64,000 nucleotides of DNA from Candidatus Zymogenaceae bacterium (GCA_016931225.1 JAFGFE010000026.1:11499-75498), one strand, 5' to 3'; positions 29,464 to 42,526 are shown, counted from the first letter of the stretch. A program made the numbers and translations. Notes: a model not told the origin generated them from the sequence alone.

Positions 29464-29988
29464 GTGAACCCGAGCCTCTCCCTGACACACACAACAAGAG
29501 ATACCCTGAATACCAAAGGTAAAACGAGTGCCTCCGGGGCGGCACGCCGCGTCCGTGCACACCACGATCCGAACGTGTCAATCGATGAACAAGCACAGTC
29601 GTCACAGGCCGAGAACCAGCGATTCACAAAGCGGGAAAGGCTGCGTACCCGTTCGGATTTTCAGCGGGTATACAGAACCGGCGTTCGCGTTTCGGATGAT
29701 CACTTCACGCTGATCGCATCATTGAACCTTCCCGATACCAGGCGGGTGGGCATCAGCATACGAAAAAAGGTCGGCAAGGCCCACGACAGAAACCGCATGA
29801 AACGACTTCTCAGAGAAGTGTTTCGGCGAAATAAGAACAGGTTCCCGGAAGGGTGTGATTTTGTCCTGGTGGTCTCATCACCACCGTCGACGCTCACCTA
29901 CTCGGCCTTTCAAGAAGCCATTCTCTCCCTCACAGACAAGCTTTCTGGGCGCCCCCTTACCCGGGGCCGTCGGCACGATCCGACATAA
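29464..29988 (+). CDS. rnpA: RNase P protein component
   Basis: FTKRERLRTRSDFQRV..GISIRKKVGKAHDRNRMKRLLRE (RNR motif). The true start is probably internal (e.g. GTG ~29575); the upstream part of the ORF is likely not translated. Confidence 0.8.
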   Translation: MNPSLSLTHTTRDTLNTKGKTSASGAARRVRAHHDPNVSIDEQAQSSQAENQRFTKRERLRTRSDFQRVYRTGVRVSDDHFTLIASLNLPDTRRVGISIRKKVGKAHDRNRMKRLLREVFRRNKNRFPEGCDFVLVVSSPPSTLTYSAFQEAILSLTDKLSGRPLTRGRRHDPT

Positions 29989-30071
29989 CAGCGCTTCATC
30001 GGTTATTGGAAACGAAAGAACCACCCGGACACTCATTTTCAATTCCCGATATACTCGGAGGCAAGAATTAG

Positions 30072-31721
30072 ATGGACAAACGGACACTCCTTGCAATCGC
30101 CCTTTCATTTCTCATCATCGTTGCCTGGCAGCTGTTGATCGTCAAGCCCCAGCAGCAGACGCCGGATGAGACCATTGTTGCGGAAGAGACTCCCGAATCG
30201 ACGCCGGAGGTTATCGAGGAGGACGTCCCGCCGGTCACGGAAGAACCCGAGGTCGTCACGCCGGCTCCGATTCCCGAATCGACGCCCACGGATTCCCCGG
30301 AACGATTCATCGAAGTGGACACCCCCCTCTACACCGCCGTCATCACCACCCACGGCGGCACCTTTGTCGAGTTCCTGTTGAAGGACTATACCGAAAGCAT
30401 CGACAACCACCTTCCGGTCAACATCATACACGAAGAGGCCGAGAGCCTTTCTCCCGCCCTGTCGTTTGACACCAATATGGGCAGCTTCGATGAGGACGTT
30501 ATCTACTCTGCCTCGGTGGAGGAGGATGTGATCGTCGTGGAAGGAACATCGGAAGACGACACCGCCTCTCTGGTCCTCACATACGTCTCCGACACATTTC
30601 ATATAACAAAGACTTATACCTTCAACCCCTCGACGTACGAAGTCGGCGTGGATTTTGATATCGTCAACATGAGCGAGCACAAGGTGAAAGGGGAGCTGGA
30701 GATTTCCCTCTTCCAGTATATTGACCCTCAGAAAAAGCGCGGTCTCTTCAGCAAGTACACCTACCCGCCCACCTTCATCACACTTATCGGGGACGATTTG
30801 AAGAAGACGCCGGGATCAAAGCTAAAGCCGAACGAGGAGGAATTATATACGGGCGATATCCGCTGGTTTGGATATGACACCAAATACTTCATCTTCGCCG
30901 CCGCCGGGGGCGACCTGGAGGACGGCGAGGTGGAGGCGGCCCGATTCAGCAACGACCTAGCCTCGGGATCTTTCCTCCTTGACGACCTGAGCATCCCCTC
31001 CGGCGGTGCATTCGAGGAGGGCTTCGCCCTCTACCTGGGTCCCAAGGAATCCCACGCCATGGAGAACGTCGGGTACGATTTCTACCGCGCCATCGACTAC
31101 GGTTTCTTCAAGTGGCTGGCGGTTCCGCTGGTGATGCTCCTGAACATCTTTTTCTCCTTCGTGAAGAACTACGGCGTCGCGATCATCTTCCTGACCATCG
31201 TGGTCCGCCTGATCCTGTTCCCCATCACCTTTAAATCCATGAAGTCCATGAAGGACATGCAGAAGCTGCAGCCCCTGGTCACGGAGCTCCGGGAAAAATA
31301 CAAGGACGACAAGGAGCGGATGAATCAGGAGGTCATGAAGCTGTACCAGACCCACAAGGTCAACCCGGTGGGCGGTTGCCTGCCGCTTTTGCTGCAGCTT
31401 CCGGTGTTCATCGCGCTGTACCGCGCCCTCTTCGTCTCCATCGAGCTCCGCCAATCGCCCTTCATCTTCTGGATTAAGGACCTGTCGGAAATGGACCCCT
31501 ACTACATCACGCCGATCGTGATGGGGGCGTCGTATTTTCTCCAGCAGAAGCTGACACCCTCCAGCGCCGATCCGACCCAGCAGAAAATGATGATGATGAT
31601 GCCGATCATGTTCACGATCATCTTTCTCAATCTCCCGTCGGGACTGGTGCTCTATTTCTTCGTCAGCAACCTGCTGTCCATCGGCCAGCAACTTTACATG
31701 AACAAGATCAAGAAAGACTGA
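30072..31721 (+). CDS. yidC: Membrane protein insertase YidC
   Basis: 549 aa. N-terminal TM helix, large periplasmic domain, and a C-terminal 5-TM core with conserved YidC motifs. Confidence 0.92.
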   Translation: MDKRTLLAIALSFLIIVAWQLLIVKPQQQTPDETIVAEETPESTPEVIEEDVPPVTEEPEVVTPAPIPESTPTDSPERFIEVDTPLYTAVITTHGGTFVEFLLKDYTESIDNHLPVNIIHEEAESLSPALSFDTNMGSFDEDVIYSASVEEDVIVVEGTSEDDTASLVLTYVSDTFHITKTYTFNPSTYEVGVDFDIVNMSEHKVKGELEISLFQYIDPQKKRGLFSKYTYPPTFITLIGDDLKKTPGSKLKPNEEELYTGDIRWFGYDTKYFIFAAAGGDLEDGEVEAARFSNDLASGSFLLDDLSIPSGGAFEEGFALYLGPKESHAMENVGYDFYRAIDYGFFKWLAVPLVMLLNIFFSFVKNYGVAIIFLTIVVRLILFPITFKSMKSMKDMQKLQPLVTELREKYKDDKERMNQEVMKLYQTHKVNPVGGCLPLLLQLPVFIALYRALFVSIELRQSPFIFWIKDLSEMDPYYITPIVMGASYFLQQKLTPSSADPTQQKMMMMMPIMFTIIFLNLPSGLVLYFFVSNLLSIGQQLYMNKIKKD

Positions 31722-31726
31722 TAGAT

Positions 31727-32587
31727 ATGCCCATGGAAGACTATGAGAACAAGGGCATCGTTATTAAAGACGACAGCCTTGAAAACGCCCTGACACGGGC
31801 ATCCGAGCTTTTACATATCGACCGCGCCCGGGTTTCATACCGCGTGATAGAATCGGGCAGCGGCGGCATTTTGGGCCTCTTTGGAAAAAAGAAGCTGGTC
31901 ATTCGCGCCTGGGCGGACGAACTGATTCCGAAAGATATTCTCACACTCCCTGATTCTCCGAAAACGGACATTCACGGGAAGCAAGAGGCCTCCGGAAAGG
32001 GGAAAAAACCCAGGGGGCGGGACGCCTCCCCGGAGCGGGACACACGCCGCACGCGGGAGAAACCCAGAGGCGACGACACACCCCGGGAACGGACCGCTAT
32101 TGATCCGTCCCTTCGGAACGATCCGCAACTCATGGAGGTCAAGGAATTCCTCACCGGCCTTCTGACGCGCATGGGCGCCGAGTTCACGATTTCCGAGTAT
32201 CGTACGGAAGACGGCATCCTGATGAATGTCTCCAGCAACACAGAGGGTATGCTGATCGGCCGAAAGGGACAGACCCTCGACGCGCTGCAGTATATCCTCA
32301 ATCGCTACCTGTCCCGGCCTTCCGGATTCAACGGGAAGATCACCCTGGACGTGGAAAACTACCGGGAGCGACGGGAGGCAAAGATACAGAAAACGGCCCG
32401 AGACATCGCGAAGAAGGTCAGAAAGACCGGAAAGCCCATCGCGGCCCAGCCCATGGCGTCCGGCGAAAGACGCATTTTTCACCTCGCCCTGAAGCACGAC
32501 ACCGACCTGTCGACGGAAAGCCGGGGCAGGGGGGAAAAGCGTAAAGTCATCGTCTATCCGAAAAAGACGGATAAAAATCGTTCGTAA
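31727..32587 (+). CDS. jag: Jag/KhpB RNA-binding protein (KH + R3H domains)
   Basis: GxxG KH motif MLIGRKGQTLDALQYIL; R3H ERRIFHLAL at the C-terminus; conserved position after yidC. Confidence 0.85.
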   Translation: MPMEDYENKGIVIKDDSLENALTRASELLHIDRARVSYRVIESGSGGILGLFGKKKLVIRAWADELIPKDILTLPDSPKTDIHGKQEASGKGKKPRGRDASPERDTRRTREKPRGDDTPRERTAIDPSLRNDPQLMEVKEFLTGLLTRMGAEFTISEYRTEDGILMNVSSNTEGMLIGRKGQTLDALQYILNRYLSRPSGFNGKITLDVENYRERREAKIQKTARDIAKKVRKTGKPIAAQPMASGERRIFHLALKHDTDLSTESRGRGEKRKVIVYPKKTDKNRS

Positions 32588-32707
32588 TCTTTTTTGAGAC
32601 CGGCGAAACGGCGCCCACCATACGGAATATACACCCGATCCGCCGTATCGCCGGCTGTTTTTTTCTCAATGAACGACCCACGCCGCACACGCCCACCCGC
32701 CCCTCCG

Positions 32708-34117
32708 ATGGAACATCCAACGGAAATCGACGGCGACACCATCGCAGCGGTCGCCACCCCTCCCGGATTCGGCGGCATCGGTATCGTTCGCCTCTCCGGA
32801 CCCCGGGCGCTGGAAATCGGGAGATACCTCTTCACGCCGACCTTGGAATCGGCGGACGCCGCACCCCCCGCCCCCCGAACCATGCATACAGGCTGTTTCG
32901 TGGACGAGGACGGGGACACCATCGACCGCGGCCTCTTTCTCTTCATGCCGGCCCCCGCCTCATACACCGGAGAGGACGTCGTTGAGCTTCACGGACACGG
33001 CAGCCCCCTGGTCATGGAGCGGCTCCTGTTTCACGCCGTCGCCCGGGGCGCCCGGATCGCCGAGGGGGGGGAGTTCACCCGGCGGGCCTTCATGAACGGC
33101 AAGCTCGACCTGGTTCAGGCGGAGGCGGTGGCGGACCTGATTTACGCCTCATCCACCGCCGCCGTGAAAATCGCCACGGCGCACCATATGGGCGGGCTCT
33201 CCCGTGCACTCTCCGGGATATCGGAGTCGCTGCTTGTGCTCCTCTCCGATCTGGAGGCGGCCGTCGACTTCCCCGACGACGAGGATGATCACGCATCACT
33301 CGATTTCGTCCCGGATCGCATCGTGGAAATACGAACGCACATAGAATCCCTCCTGGACACGTTTCACCGGGGGCGAATCCTCACGGAGGGCGCCCGGGTG
33401 GTTATCGCCGGACGGCCGAACGTCGGCAAATCGAGCATCATGAATCTGCTCCTGGAGCGCCCCCGCTCCATCGTCACATCCGATCCCGGCACCACCAGGG
33501 ACACCGTCGAGGAGATGATGGTCATCGGTCCCGTTCCGGTCCGCCTCATCGACACCTGCGGCGTTCGAGAGGCCCTTTCCGCTCCGGAGCGGGAGGGCGT
33601 CGCACGGACGCTGGTTGCTGTGGAAGAGGCGGATTTGGTACTCGTGGTGATCGAGGCGGACCGACCGGTGAACGATGATGAGCGGGCGCTGTTATCCGGC
33701 ATCAATGAAGATCGGTGTATCGTCGTCTGCAACAAGATCGATCTCGTCCCCGGCGGCCCCGAATCATTCTCTCCCCCCGACACCGCCCGGATGACCGTCG
33801 TGACGTCGGCGACCGCCCCGTACGGCATCGAAGAGCTCACCGGCGCCATCAGAAGCCGCCTTGCGATCCCGCAGACGGGCTCATCCCCCAGCCAAGAGGA
33901 CCGGATCGTTGTGAGCAACGCCAGGCATTTCGCGGCCCTCACACACGCCCGGTCGTCGCTGAACGAAGCGGCGGCAAGCGCCGCCCGCCGCGAGTCGCCC
34001 GAATTCGTCTCCATGGACATCAGGGGGGCGCTTGCCTCTCTGGGCGACATCACGGGGGAGGTGACCGCCGACGACGTGCTGGATGTCATTTTCTCCCGCT
34101 TCTGTGTCGGGAAATAA
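32708..34117 (+). CDS. mnmE: tRNA modification GTPase MnmE (TrmE)
   Basis: DTIAAVATPPGFGGIGIVRLSG N-terminus, G-domain GRPNVGKSS, C-terminal FCVGK. Start set at ATG 32708 to match the MnmE N-terminus. Confidence 0.92.
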   Translation: MEHPTEIDGDTIAAVATPPGFGGIGIVRLSGPRALEIGRYLFTPTLESADAAPPAPRTMHTGCFVDEDGDTIDRGLFLFMPAPASYTGEDVVELHGHGSPLVMERLLFHAVARGARIAEGGEFTRRAFMNGKLDLVQAEAVADLIYASSTAAVKIATAHHMGGLSRALSGISESLLVLLSDLEAAVDFPDDEDDHASLDFVPDRIVEIRTHIESLLDTFHRGRILTEGARVVIAGRPNVGKSSIMNLLLERPRSIVTSDPGTTRDTVEEMMVIGPVPVRLIDTCGVREALSAPEREGVARTLVAVEEADLVLVVIEADRPVNDDERALLSGINEDRCIVVCNKIDLVPGGPESFSPPDTARMTVVTSATAPYGIEELTGAIRSRLAIPQTGSSPSQEDRIVVSNARHFAALTHARSSLNEAAASAARRESPEFVSMDIRGALASLGDITGEVTADDVLDVIFSRFCVGK

Positions 34118-34169
34118 TCCCTCCCGTCCAATATCTCGCCCCCATTCGTACATCGTACTCTCAACGCGC

Positions 34170-34185
34170 CGTTTCACGTGAAACA
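34170..34185. promoter_or_regulatory. parS centromere site (15/16 match to TGTTTCACGTGAAACA)
   Basis: cGTTTCACGTGAAACA seen in sequence upstream of parA. Confidence 0.8.
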
Positions 34186-34207
34186 GGTCGTTTCTATCCC
34201 CCGGGGA

Positions 34208-34223
34208 TGTTTCACGTGAAACA
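34208..34223. promoter_or_regulatory. parS centromere site (16/16 TGTTTCACGTGAAACA)
   Basis: Perfect canonical parS palindrome seen in sequence, 22 nt after the first copy. Confidence 0.85.
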
Positions 34224-34331
34224 TTTCCGACCCCGTATCCTTCCCGCACGGGCCCATTTTGATGCTTTTTACTTTATCCGTTTTCGCATCTGTGCTATAG
34301 TGAGTCACTTTTTTAGCCGAGTGCGAGAATC

Positions 34332-35102
34332 ATGGGAAAAATTTTGTGCATCGCCAATCAGAAGGGCGGGGTGGGGAAAACCACAACCGCCGTGAACCTG
34401 TCGGCCAGCCTTGCCGCCGCCGAGAAGAAGACCCTCGTCATCGACATCGACCCCCAGGCGAACACCTGCAGCGGCCTCGGCGTCGATAAGGACTCGGTAA
34501 CAGAAAACATCTATCATGTCATTATCGAACAAACCCCTCTGAACAGCATTATCATTCAGCCCCTCCCGGAGCTTCCCTACCTGTACCTCGCGCCCTCCAA
34601 CACCGATCTGATCGGCGCCGAGGTGGAACTTGTGGGGGCGCTTGCCAGGGAGACGAAGCTGAAAGCAGCCCTTGAAGATACAACCGACTCTTTCGATTAC
34701 ATCCTCATCGATTGCCCCCCGTCCCTCGGACTCCTGACGGTCAACTCCCTCACCGCCGCCCACGGCGTCATCGTCCCCCTCCAGTGCGAGTACTTCGCCC
34801 TGGAGGGCCTCGGCCAGCTCCTCAAGACCATCAACATCATCAAGAAAAGCCTGAACAAGGGGCTTTCCATCGAGGGCATCCTGCTGACGATGTTCGATAT
34901 CAGAAACAACCTCTCTCACCAGGTGCTCGAGGAGGTGTCCCAACATTTCCCCGACCGTATGTTCGAAACCGTCATCCCCAGAAACGTCCGCCTCTCGGAA
35001 TGTTCCAGCTTCGGAAAGCCGATTATCCTCTACGAAATCGATTCCAAGGGCGCGAAGAGTTACCTAGATCTTGCCCATGAAATCATCAGGAGGGAGAAGT
35101 AA
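34332..35102 (+). CDS. parA: Chromosome partitioning ATPase ParA/Soj
   Basis: Deviant Walker A KGGVGKTT; 256 aa. Confidence 0.95.
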   Translation: MGKILCIANQKGGVGKTTTAVNLSASLAAAEKKTLVIDIDPQANTCSGLGVDKDSVTENIYHVIIEQTPLNSIIIQPLPELPYLYLAPSNTDLIGAEVELVGALARETKLKAALEDTTDSFDYILIDCPPSLGLLTVNSLTAAHGVIVPLQCEYFALEGLGQLLKTINIIKKSLNKGLSIEGILLTMFDIRNNLSHQVLEEVSQHFPDRMFETVIPRNVRLSECSSFGKPIILYEIDSKGAKSYLDLAHEIIRREK

Positions 35103-35951
35103 ATGGCCAAAAGAAAGGCACTGGGCAAGGGCCTTTCCGCCCTGATTCCGGATGCCGCGACTGAGCCTTCCGGGGATAAGGGGAGCCTCTTCGCCGTCGA
35201 CATCTCCGATATCTCCCCGAACCGGTTTCAGCCGAGGCACGGATTCGACGACGCCGGCCTCGATGACCTGGCCCGGTCCATCGCCGAAAAGGGAGTTATC
35301 CAACCCCTCATCGTCCGTGAGGTGGATGACGGATACGAATTGATCGCCGGCGAGAGGCGTCTCCGCGCCTCCAAGCTCGCGGGCCTCGCCGAGGTCCCCG
35401 TCGTCATCAAGGACGTCTCGGACGCCGAATCCCTGGAGATCGCCCTCATCGAAAACATTCAGAGAGAAGACCTGAATCCCCTCGAGGAGTCCGAGGCGTA
35501 CCAGCGACTCATCGATGAATTCGACATCACCCAGGAAGAAATGGCGAAGAGAGTCGGTAAGGATCGAACCACCATTACCAACTCTCTTCGCCTCCTCTCC
35601 CTTCCCGATACGATTAAACGATACCTCGCCACAGGCGAGCTTACCACCGGTCACGCCCGCGCACTCCTGTCCCTGGGAGATACATCCCTCATGCTCGCCA
35701 CGGCGAAACGCATCATAACCCAGGGCCTCTCCGTGAGGGCCACGGAGGCCCTGGTAAAAAGGCTCAAGGAGGGGGCACCCCCCTCTGAAAAACCGGCCCG
35801 AGATGCGCACTACGACGACCTCGAGGAATCCCTTACCCGCTCTTTGGGAACGAAAGTTCGCTTGACTCCCCGGGGCGAGGGGGGTAAAATCGAGATCGAA
35901 TATTATTCCCCGGACGAGCTCGATCGTCTGTTGGAGTTGCTTGGAGGATGA
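35103..35951 (+). CDS. parB: Chromosome partitioning protein ParB/Spo0J
   Basis: GERRLRA arginine patch; HTH; start immediately after the parA stop. Confidence 0.95.
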   Translation: MAKRKALGKGLSALIPDAATEPSGDKGSLFAVDISDISPNRFQPRHGFDDAGLDDLARSIAEKGVIQPLIVREVDDGYELIAGERRLRASKLAGLAEVPVVIKDVSDAESLEIALIENIQREDLNPLEESEAYQRLIDEFDITQEEMAKRVGKDRTTITNSLRLLSLPDTIKRYLATGELTTGHARALLSLGDTSLMLATAKRIITQGLSVRATEALVKRLKEGAPPSEKPARDAHYDDLEESLTRSLGTKVRLTPRGEGGKIEIEYYSPDELDRLLELLGG

Positions 35952-36055
35952 CCACGCGTTCCGTATCTCGCGTCGGGGTGAGTAACATATTCCCGGACCC
36001 GCTGTCATTCCCCCATTTTTTTATATACGTCTTCATATAAGCACAAGGAGCAGAT

Positions 36056-36529
36056 ATGTTCGGCAATATTAAGTTGCTCGGGGGAAAGACCCCCGACAAA
36101 TTTGACAAAACCGCAGAGTTGAACGCATTCATCGGTCAGGGAACAGAGTTCGACGGAACATTGACCTTCGTGGGAACCATCAGGGTTGAGGGTACCCTCA
36201 GGGGAGAAATTTCCGCCAAGGACATCCTGATCGTCGGCGATCACGGGGTTGTCGAAGGTGAGGTCGACGTTGATACAATCATCATCACCGGATTGGTCAG
36301 GGGGTCCATTCGGGCCGCCCGCAGCGTCGAGATTACCCCGCCGGGCAGGTTCTATGGCGATATTGAAACACCGAAATTTATTCTGAGGGAGGGGGGTATC
36401 TTCGAGGGGAACTGCAAGATGCAGGACATCCATCTCGGCGACGAGTCGACCAAGTTCGCCGCCGCCTCCCGGGACACGGAGCACTCCTGGATCAAGGTTT
36501 CGGACAAGAAGGGGAACGGCGGCGGCTGA
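36056..36529 (+). CDS. Bactofilin family cytoskeletal protein (DUF583)
   Basis: Repetitive beta-helical bactofilin core (GxVxGxI periodicity: GTIRVEGTLRGEISA..IVGDHGVVEGEV..ITGLVRGSI) with disordered termini. Confidence 0.8.
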   Translation: MFGNIKLLGGKTPDKFDKTAELNAFIGQGTEFDGTLTFVGTIRVEGTLRGEISAKDILIVGDHGVVEGEVDVDTIIITGLVRGSIRAARSVEITPPGRFYGDIETPKFILREGGIFEGNCKMQDIHLGDESTKFAAASRDTEHSWIKVSDKKGNGGG

Positions 36530-36561
36530 TCGCCGTTCAGATCGCATTCGATACCGACCGA

Positions 36562-36599
36562 CATCGGGGGACGGCTTTCGTCTCCCGATGTTTCTTTTT
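36562..36599 (+). terminator. Intrinsic terminator after the bactofilin gene (CATCGGGGGAC..GTCTCCCGATG + TTTCTTTTT)
   Basis: Seen in sequence. Confidence 0.5.
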
Positions 36600-37029
36600 C
36601 TCCTCATTGTGCCGTCCCATGTCGTCCACCCACACTCCGAAAGATTGTCCCCTCCCGCACCGCCCCGCCTCCCCTTACGTTCGGCACGATTCCACCAATC
36701 CGGACACTCCCCGCATCGACGCCTTACATGATTTACCCTTACCGCCCACGGTGCCCTGCATACGGCCAGGATCGGCTCCACCCCCCTTTTTTGAGAGCCC
36801 CCATCCACCCGTCATAAGTAATATACCGATCCTCGTGAGGAGATCGATCGGAACGCGTGCCACCCGCACGATACCGGTCCGATATCGGCATCATTTCGGG
36901 TGTCCGATTCATATTCACTCTTGATCTTTTTTTTCTCTTTTCTCTTGACATGAATATTATCCCTATGGTAGTTTCTATCGGTTGAGGTTGAATGAGTAGT
37001 CATTCATTTATTTATTTGAGGAGTTTCCC

Positions 37030-37455
37030 TTGATCGAGCTCAACTTCACATTCTTCATACAGTTGTTCAATTTTCTCGTGCTCATCGCCGTTCTCAACTG
37101 GCTCCTCGTAAAACCGGCCATGAAAATCATCAATGAGCGTCGCAGTCGGGTTGAGGGAAGCGACGAGGAAACCCGTCTTCTCCTGGAACAGGTGGAGAAA
37201 AACACGGCCGAATACCAGCAGCGATTATCCGAGGCGCGCATTCTGGCTAACTCCGAAAAGGAAAAGCTCAGGCACGAAGGCTCACAGCAGGAAGCCGACA
37301 TCGTGAGAAAGGCCAGAGAAGAGGCCCGGACCATGCTCGAGGAAATGAAATCCGGTATCGAACGGGAGACTCTTGCCGCTCAAGATGCAATGAGAAGCGA
37401 GATTGAAGCACTGTCCCGTGACATCGCTGAAAAAGTTCTCGGCAGGGGGGTTTAA
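37030..37455 (+). CDS. atpF': F0F1 ATP synthase subunit b' (second b-type subunit)
   Basis: 141 aa. N-terminal TM helix + long charged coiled coil. TTG start after a GAGGAG RBS, and the gene overlaps the next b gene (TAAATG). Confidence 0.8.
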   Translation: MIELNFTFFIQLFNFLVLIAVLNWLLVKPAMKIINERRSRVEGSDEETRLLLEQVEKNTAEYQQRLSEARILANSEKEKLRHEGSQQEADIVRKAREEARTMLEEMKSGIERETLAAQDAMRSEIEALSRDIAEKVLGRGV

Positions 37456-38076
37456 ATGGTGTCCGAGTTTCTTGCCCGCATAAAAAAAGACAAAGTCCTT
37501 CTCGGCATGATCATCTTCAGCATACTCGCCATTGCCGGTGCAATCTGCGTCAGTCTCACTAAATTCGGCGTCCTCTCTCTTCCGATGAACGAAAACAGAT
37601 TGCTTGAGGATCTTGCCTGGCGCATCGCCAATTTCTCCATTCTCATCATTATCCTTCACGTCGTGTTGACCGACAGAGTCATCGACTTCTTTAGAAACCG
37701 TACCCAGGCCATCCGTGAGGCTCTTGAGACCTCTTCCAAGGCCAAGAGTGAGGCGGAAAAGAAATATCAGGAAGTCGCCGATATGCTGTCCCGCGCCAAG
37801 AAGGAGATCGAGAACATGCATGAATCCTTCATCGAGGAAGGCAGGCTTGAGCGCGATCGGCTGATCTCCAACGCCGAGAAGGAGGCCGAGAAGATAAAGA
37901 TCCAGGCTAAAAATACGGCCGAGCAGGAAATCCGCGCCGCCCGCTTCGCCCTCAGGGCCGAGGCGGTTGAGCTTGCGGTGGAGCTGGCAGAAGAACTGTT
38001 GAAGAAGACCATAACCGAAAAAGACTTAAAACGGATCACGAAAGATTACATCGATAAGACCTCAGAACTGTTATGA
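37456..38076 (+). CDS. atpF: F0F1 ATP synthase subunit b
   Basis: 206 aa; TM helix + coiled coil; operon context. Confidence 0.85.
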   Translation: MVSEFLARIKKDKVLLGMIIFSILAIAGAICVSLTKFGVLSLPMNENRLLEDLAWRIANFSILIIILHVVLTDRVIDFFRNRTQAIREALETSSKAKSEAEKKYQEVADMLSRAKKEIENMHESFIEEGRLERDRLISNAEKEAEKIKIQAKNTAEQEIRAARFALRAEAVELAVELAEELLKKTITEKDLKRITKDYIDKTSELL

Positions 38077-38624
38077 TTCAAGATACGATAGCAAAAAAAT
38101 ACGCCAAGGCGTTGTTGGAGCTGGGACAGGAGGACGGCCAGGAGGAACGGTACGGCCGTGATATCGCCGACCTTGAGTCTTTTCTGACAAAAGACGAGTC
38201 TCTCTGGAGCTGGCTCACCGGCCCGGTGGGAGACTATAAGGGAAAGCGGGACACCCTGGACAAGATCCTCTCTCAAACCAACGCGCCCCAGATAATACAA
38301 AATTTCTTTCGACTCCTGCTGGAAAAGGACCGGTTTGTCCTCATCCCCGTCATCGTCAGGTCCTACCAGCGCCTTCTCGACGAGGTACTGGGTCGCGTTC
38401 GGGCACACATCATCACAGCAAGCGACCTGACGAAAAAAGACGTCAGCGATCTCTCCGAGCGCCTCTCCACCGCCGTCGGCAAGGAGGTCGTGTGTGATAT
38501 CACGGTTGATCCCTCCATCATAGGCGGCATCATCGCCCATGTGGGAGGTCTCGTTTTCGATGGCAGCATCAAGACAGAGTTGCATACCATTCGCGATAAT
38601 CTCAAGAAAGGACAGATGGTATAA
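38073..38624 (+). CDS. atpH: F0F1 ATP synthase subunit delta (OSCP)
   Basis: 183 aa; ends ...IRDNLKKGQMV; ATGA overlap with atpF. Confidence 0.88.
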   Translation: MIQDTIAKKYAKALLELGQEDGQEERYGRDIADLESFLTKDESLWSWLTGPVGDYKGKRDTLDKILSQTNAPQIIQNFFRLLLEKDRFVLIPVIVRSYQRLLDEVLGRVRAHIITASDLTKKDVSDLSERLSTAVGKEVVCDITVDPSIIGGIIAHVGGLVFDGSIKTELHTIRDNLKKGQMV

Positions 38625-40139
<1,515 letters not shown>

Positions 40140-40154
40140 TCGGAAATATATACC

Positions 40155-41015
40155 ATGGCGAGCCTGAAAGACATACGAAAACGAATCCAGTCGGTGAAAA
40201 ACACCCAGCAGATTACCAGCGCCATGAAGATGGTCGCCGCCTCCCGGCTTCGCCGCGCCCAGGAACGTATTGAACGGGCACGGCCGTATGCCGAAGAAAT
40301 GGCGGTGGTCCTTTCCGATCTGGCTGTACGGGTTCATGCGGACTCCCATCCGCTGCTTACCCGTCGTCCGGTGGGCAAGGTCATGCTCATCGTCTTCACC
40401 TCGGATCGCGGCCTGTGCGGCGGCTTCAATCAGAACATCATCAGGACCGCGGAGCGCTTCATCAGGGAAAACAGAAAAAAATACTCGAAAATCACCTTCA
40501 CCATTATCGGTAAAAAGGGGTACGATTATTTTAGAAGGCGCACCACCCCCATCTTTAAAAACTACACCGGAATTTCGGGAAGCATCGAGTATCGGCTCGG
40601 CGAAACTATCGTCCAGGATGTCGTGAAATCCTTTCTCGATGGATCGATGGACGAAATCTATCTCCTGTTCAATAAGTTCATCACGCCCATGACCCAGGAG
40701 GTCGTGTTCGATCGGCTGCTCCCCATCTCCCGGTCCAAGGCCAGGGAAAACACCACGCCCGTCGAATACCTGTTCGAGCCGTCCCAGGAGTACGTCATCG
40801 AAGGTATCATCAAACGGCATCTGAATACTCAGGTTTTCCGCGCACTCATCGAATCCGAAGCATCGGAGCTGGGCGCACGGATGACCGCTATGGACAGCGC
40901 CACATCTAACGCTGAAGAGATGATAGAAAAATTGACGCTGGATTACAACCGCGCCCGCCAGGAGGCCATCACCTTGGAGTTGATGGAAATCGTCAGCGGC
41001 GCGGAGGCCCTTTAA
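40155..41015 (+). CDS. atpG: F0F1 ATP synthase subunit gamma
   Basis: 286 aa; the conserved C-terminal ...ITLELMEIVSGAEAL. Confidence 0.95.
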   Translation: MASLKDIRKRIQSVKNTQQITSAMKMVAASRLRRAQERIERARPYAEEMAVVLSDLAVRVHADSHPLLTRRPVGKVMLIVFTSDRGLCGGFNQNIIRTAERFIRENRKKYSKITFTIIGKKGYDYFRRRTTPIFKNYTGISGSIEYRLGETIVQDVVKSFLDGSMDEIYLLFNKFITPMTQEVVFDRLLPISRSKARENTTPVEYLFEPSQEYVIEGIIKRHLNTQVFRALIESEASELGARMTAMDSATSNAEEMIEKLTLDYNRARQEAITLELMEIVSGAEAL

Positions 41016-41073
41016 AACTCAAAGAAAAACACGCCGGATGCATTGAGTGCATTCCGCGTTCATATACCGTTAG

Positions 41074-42525
<1,452 letters not shown>

Positions 42526-42526
42526 C

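Noticed and set aside
29855-30169. 104-aa ORF overlapping the rnpA 3' end and yidC 5' end, considered as a possible YidD
   Set aside because: Lacks the conserved YidD Cys/His motif; Ser/Arg/Pro-rich and overlaps two well-supported genes
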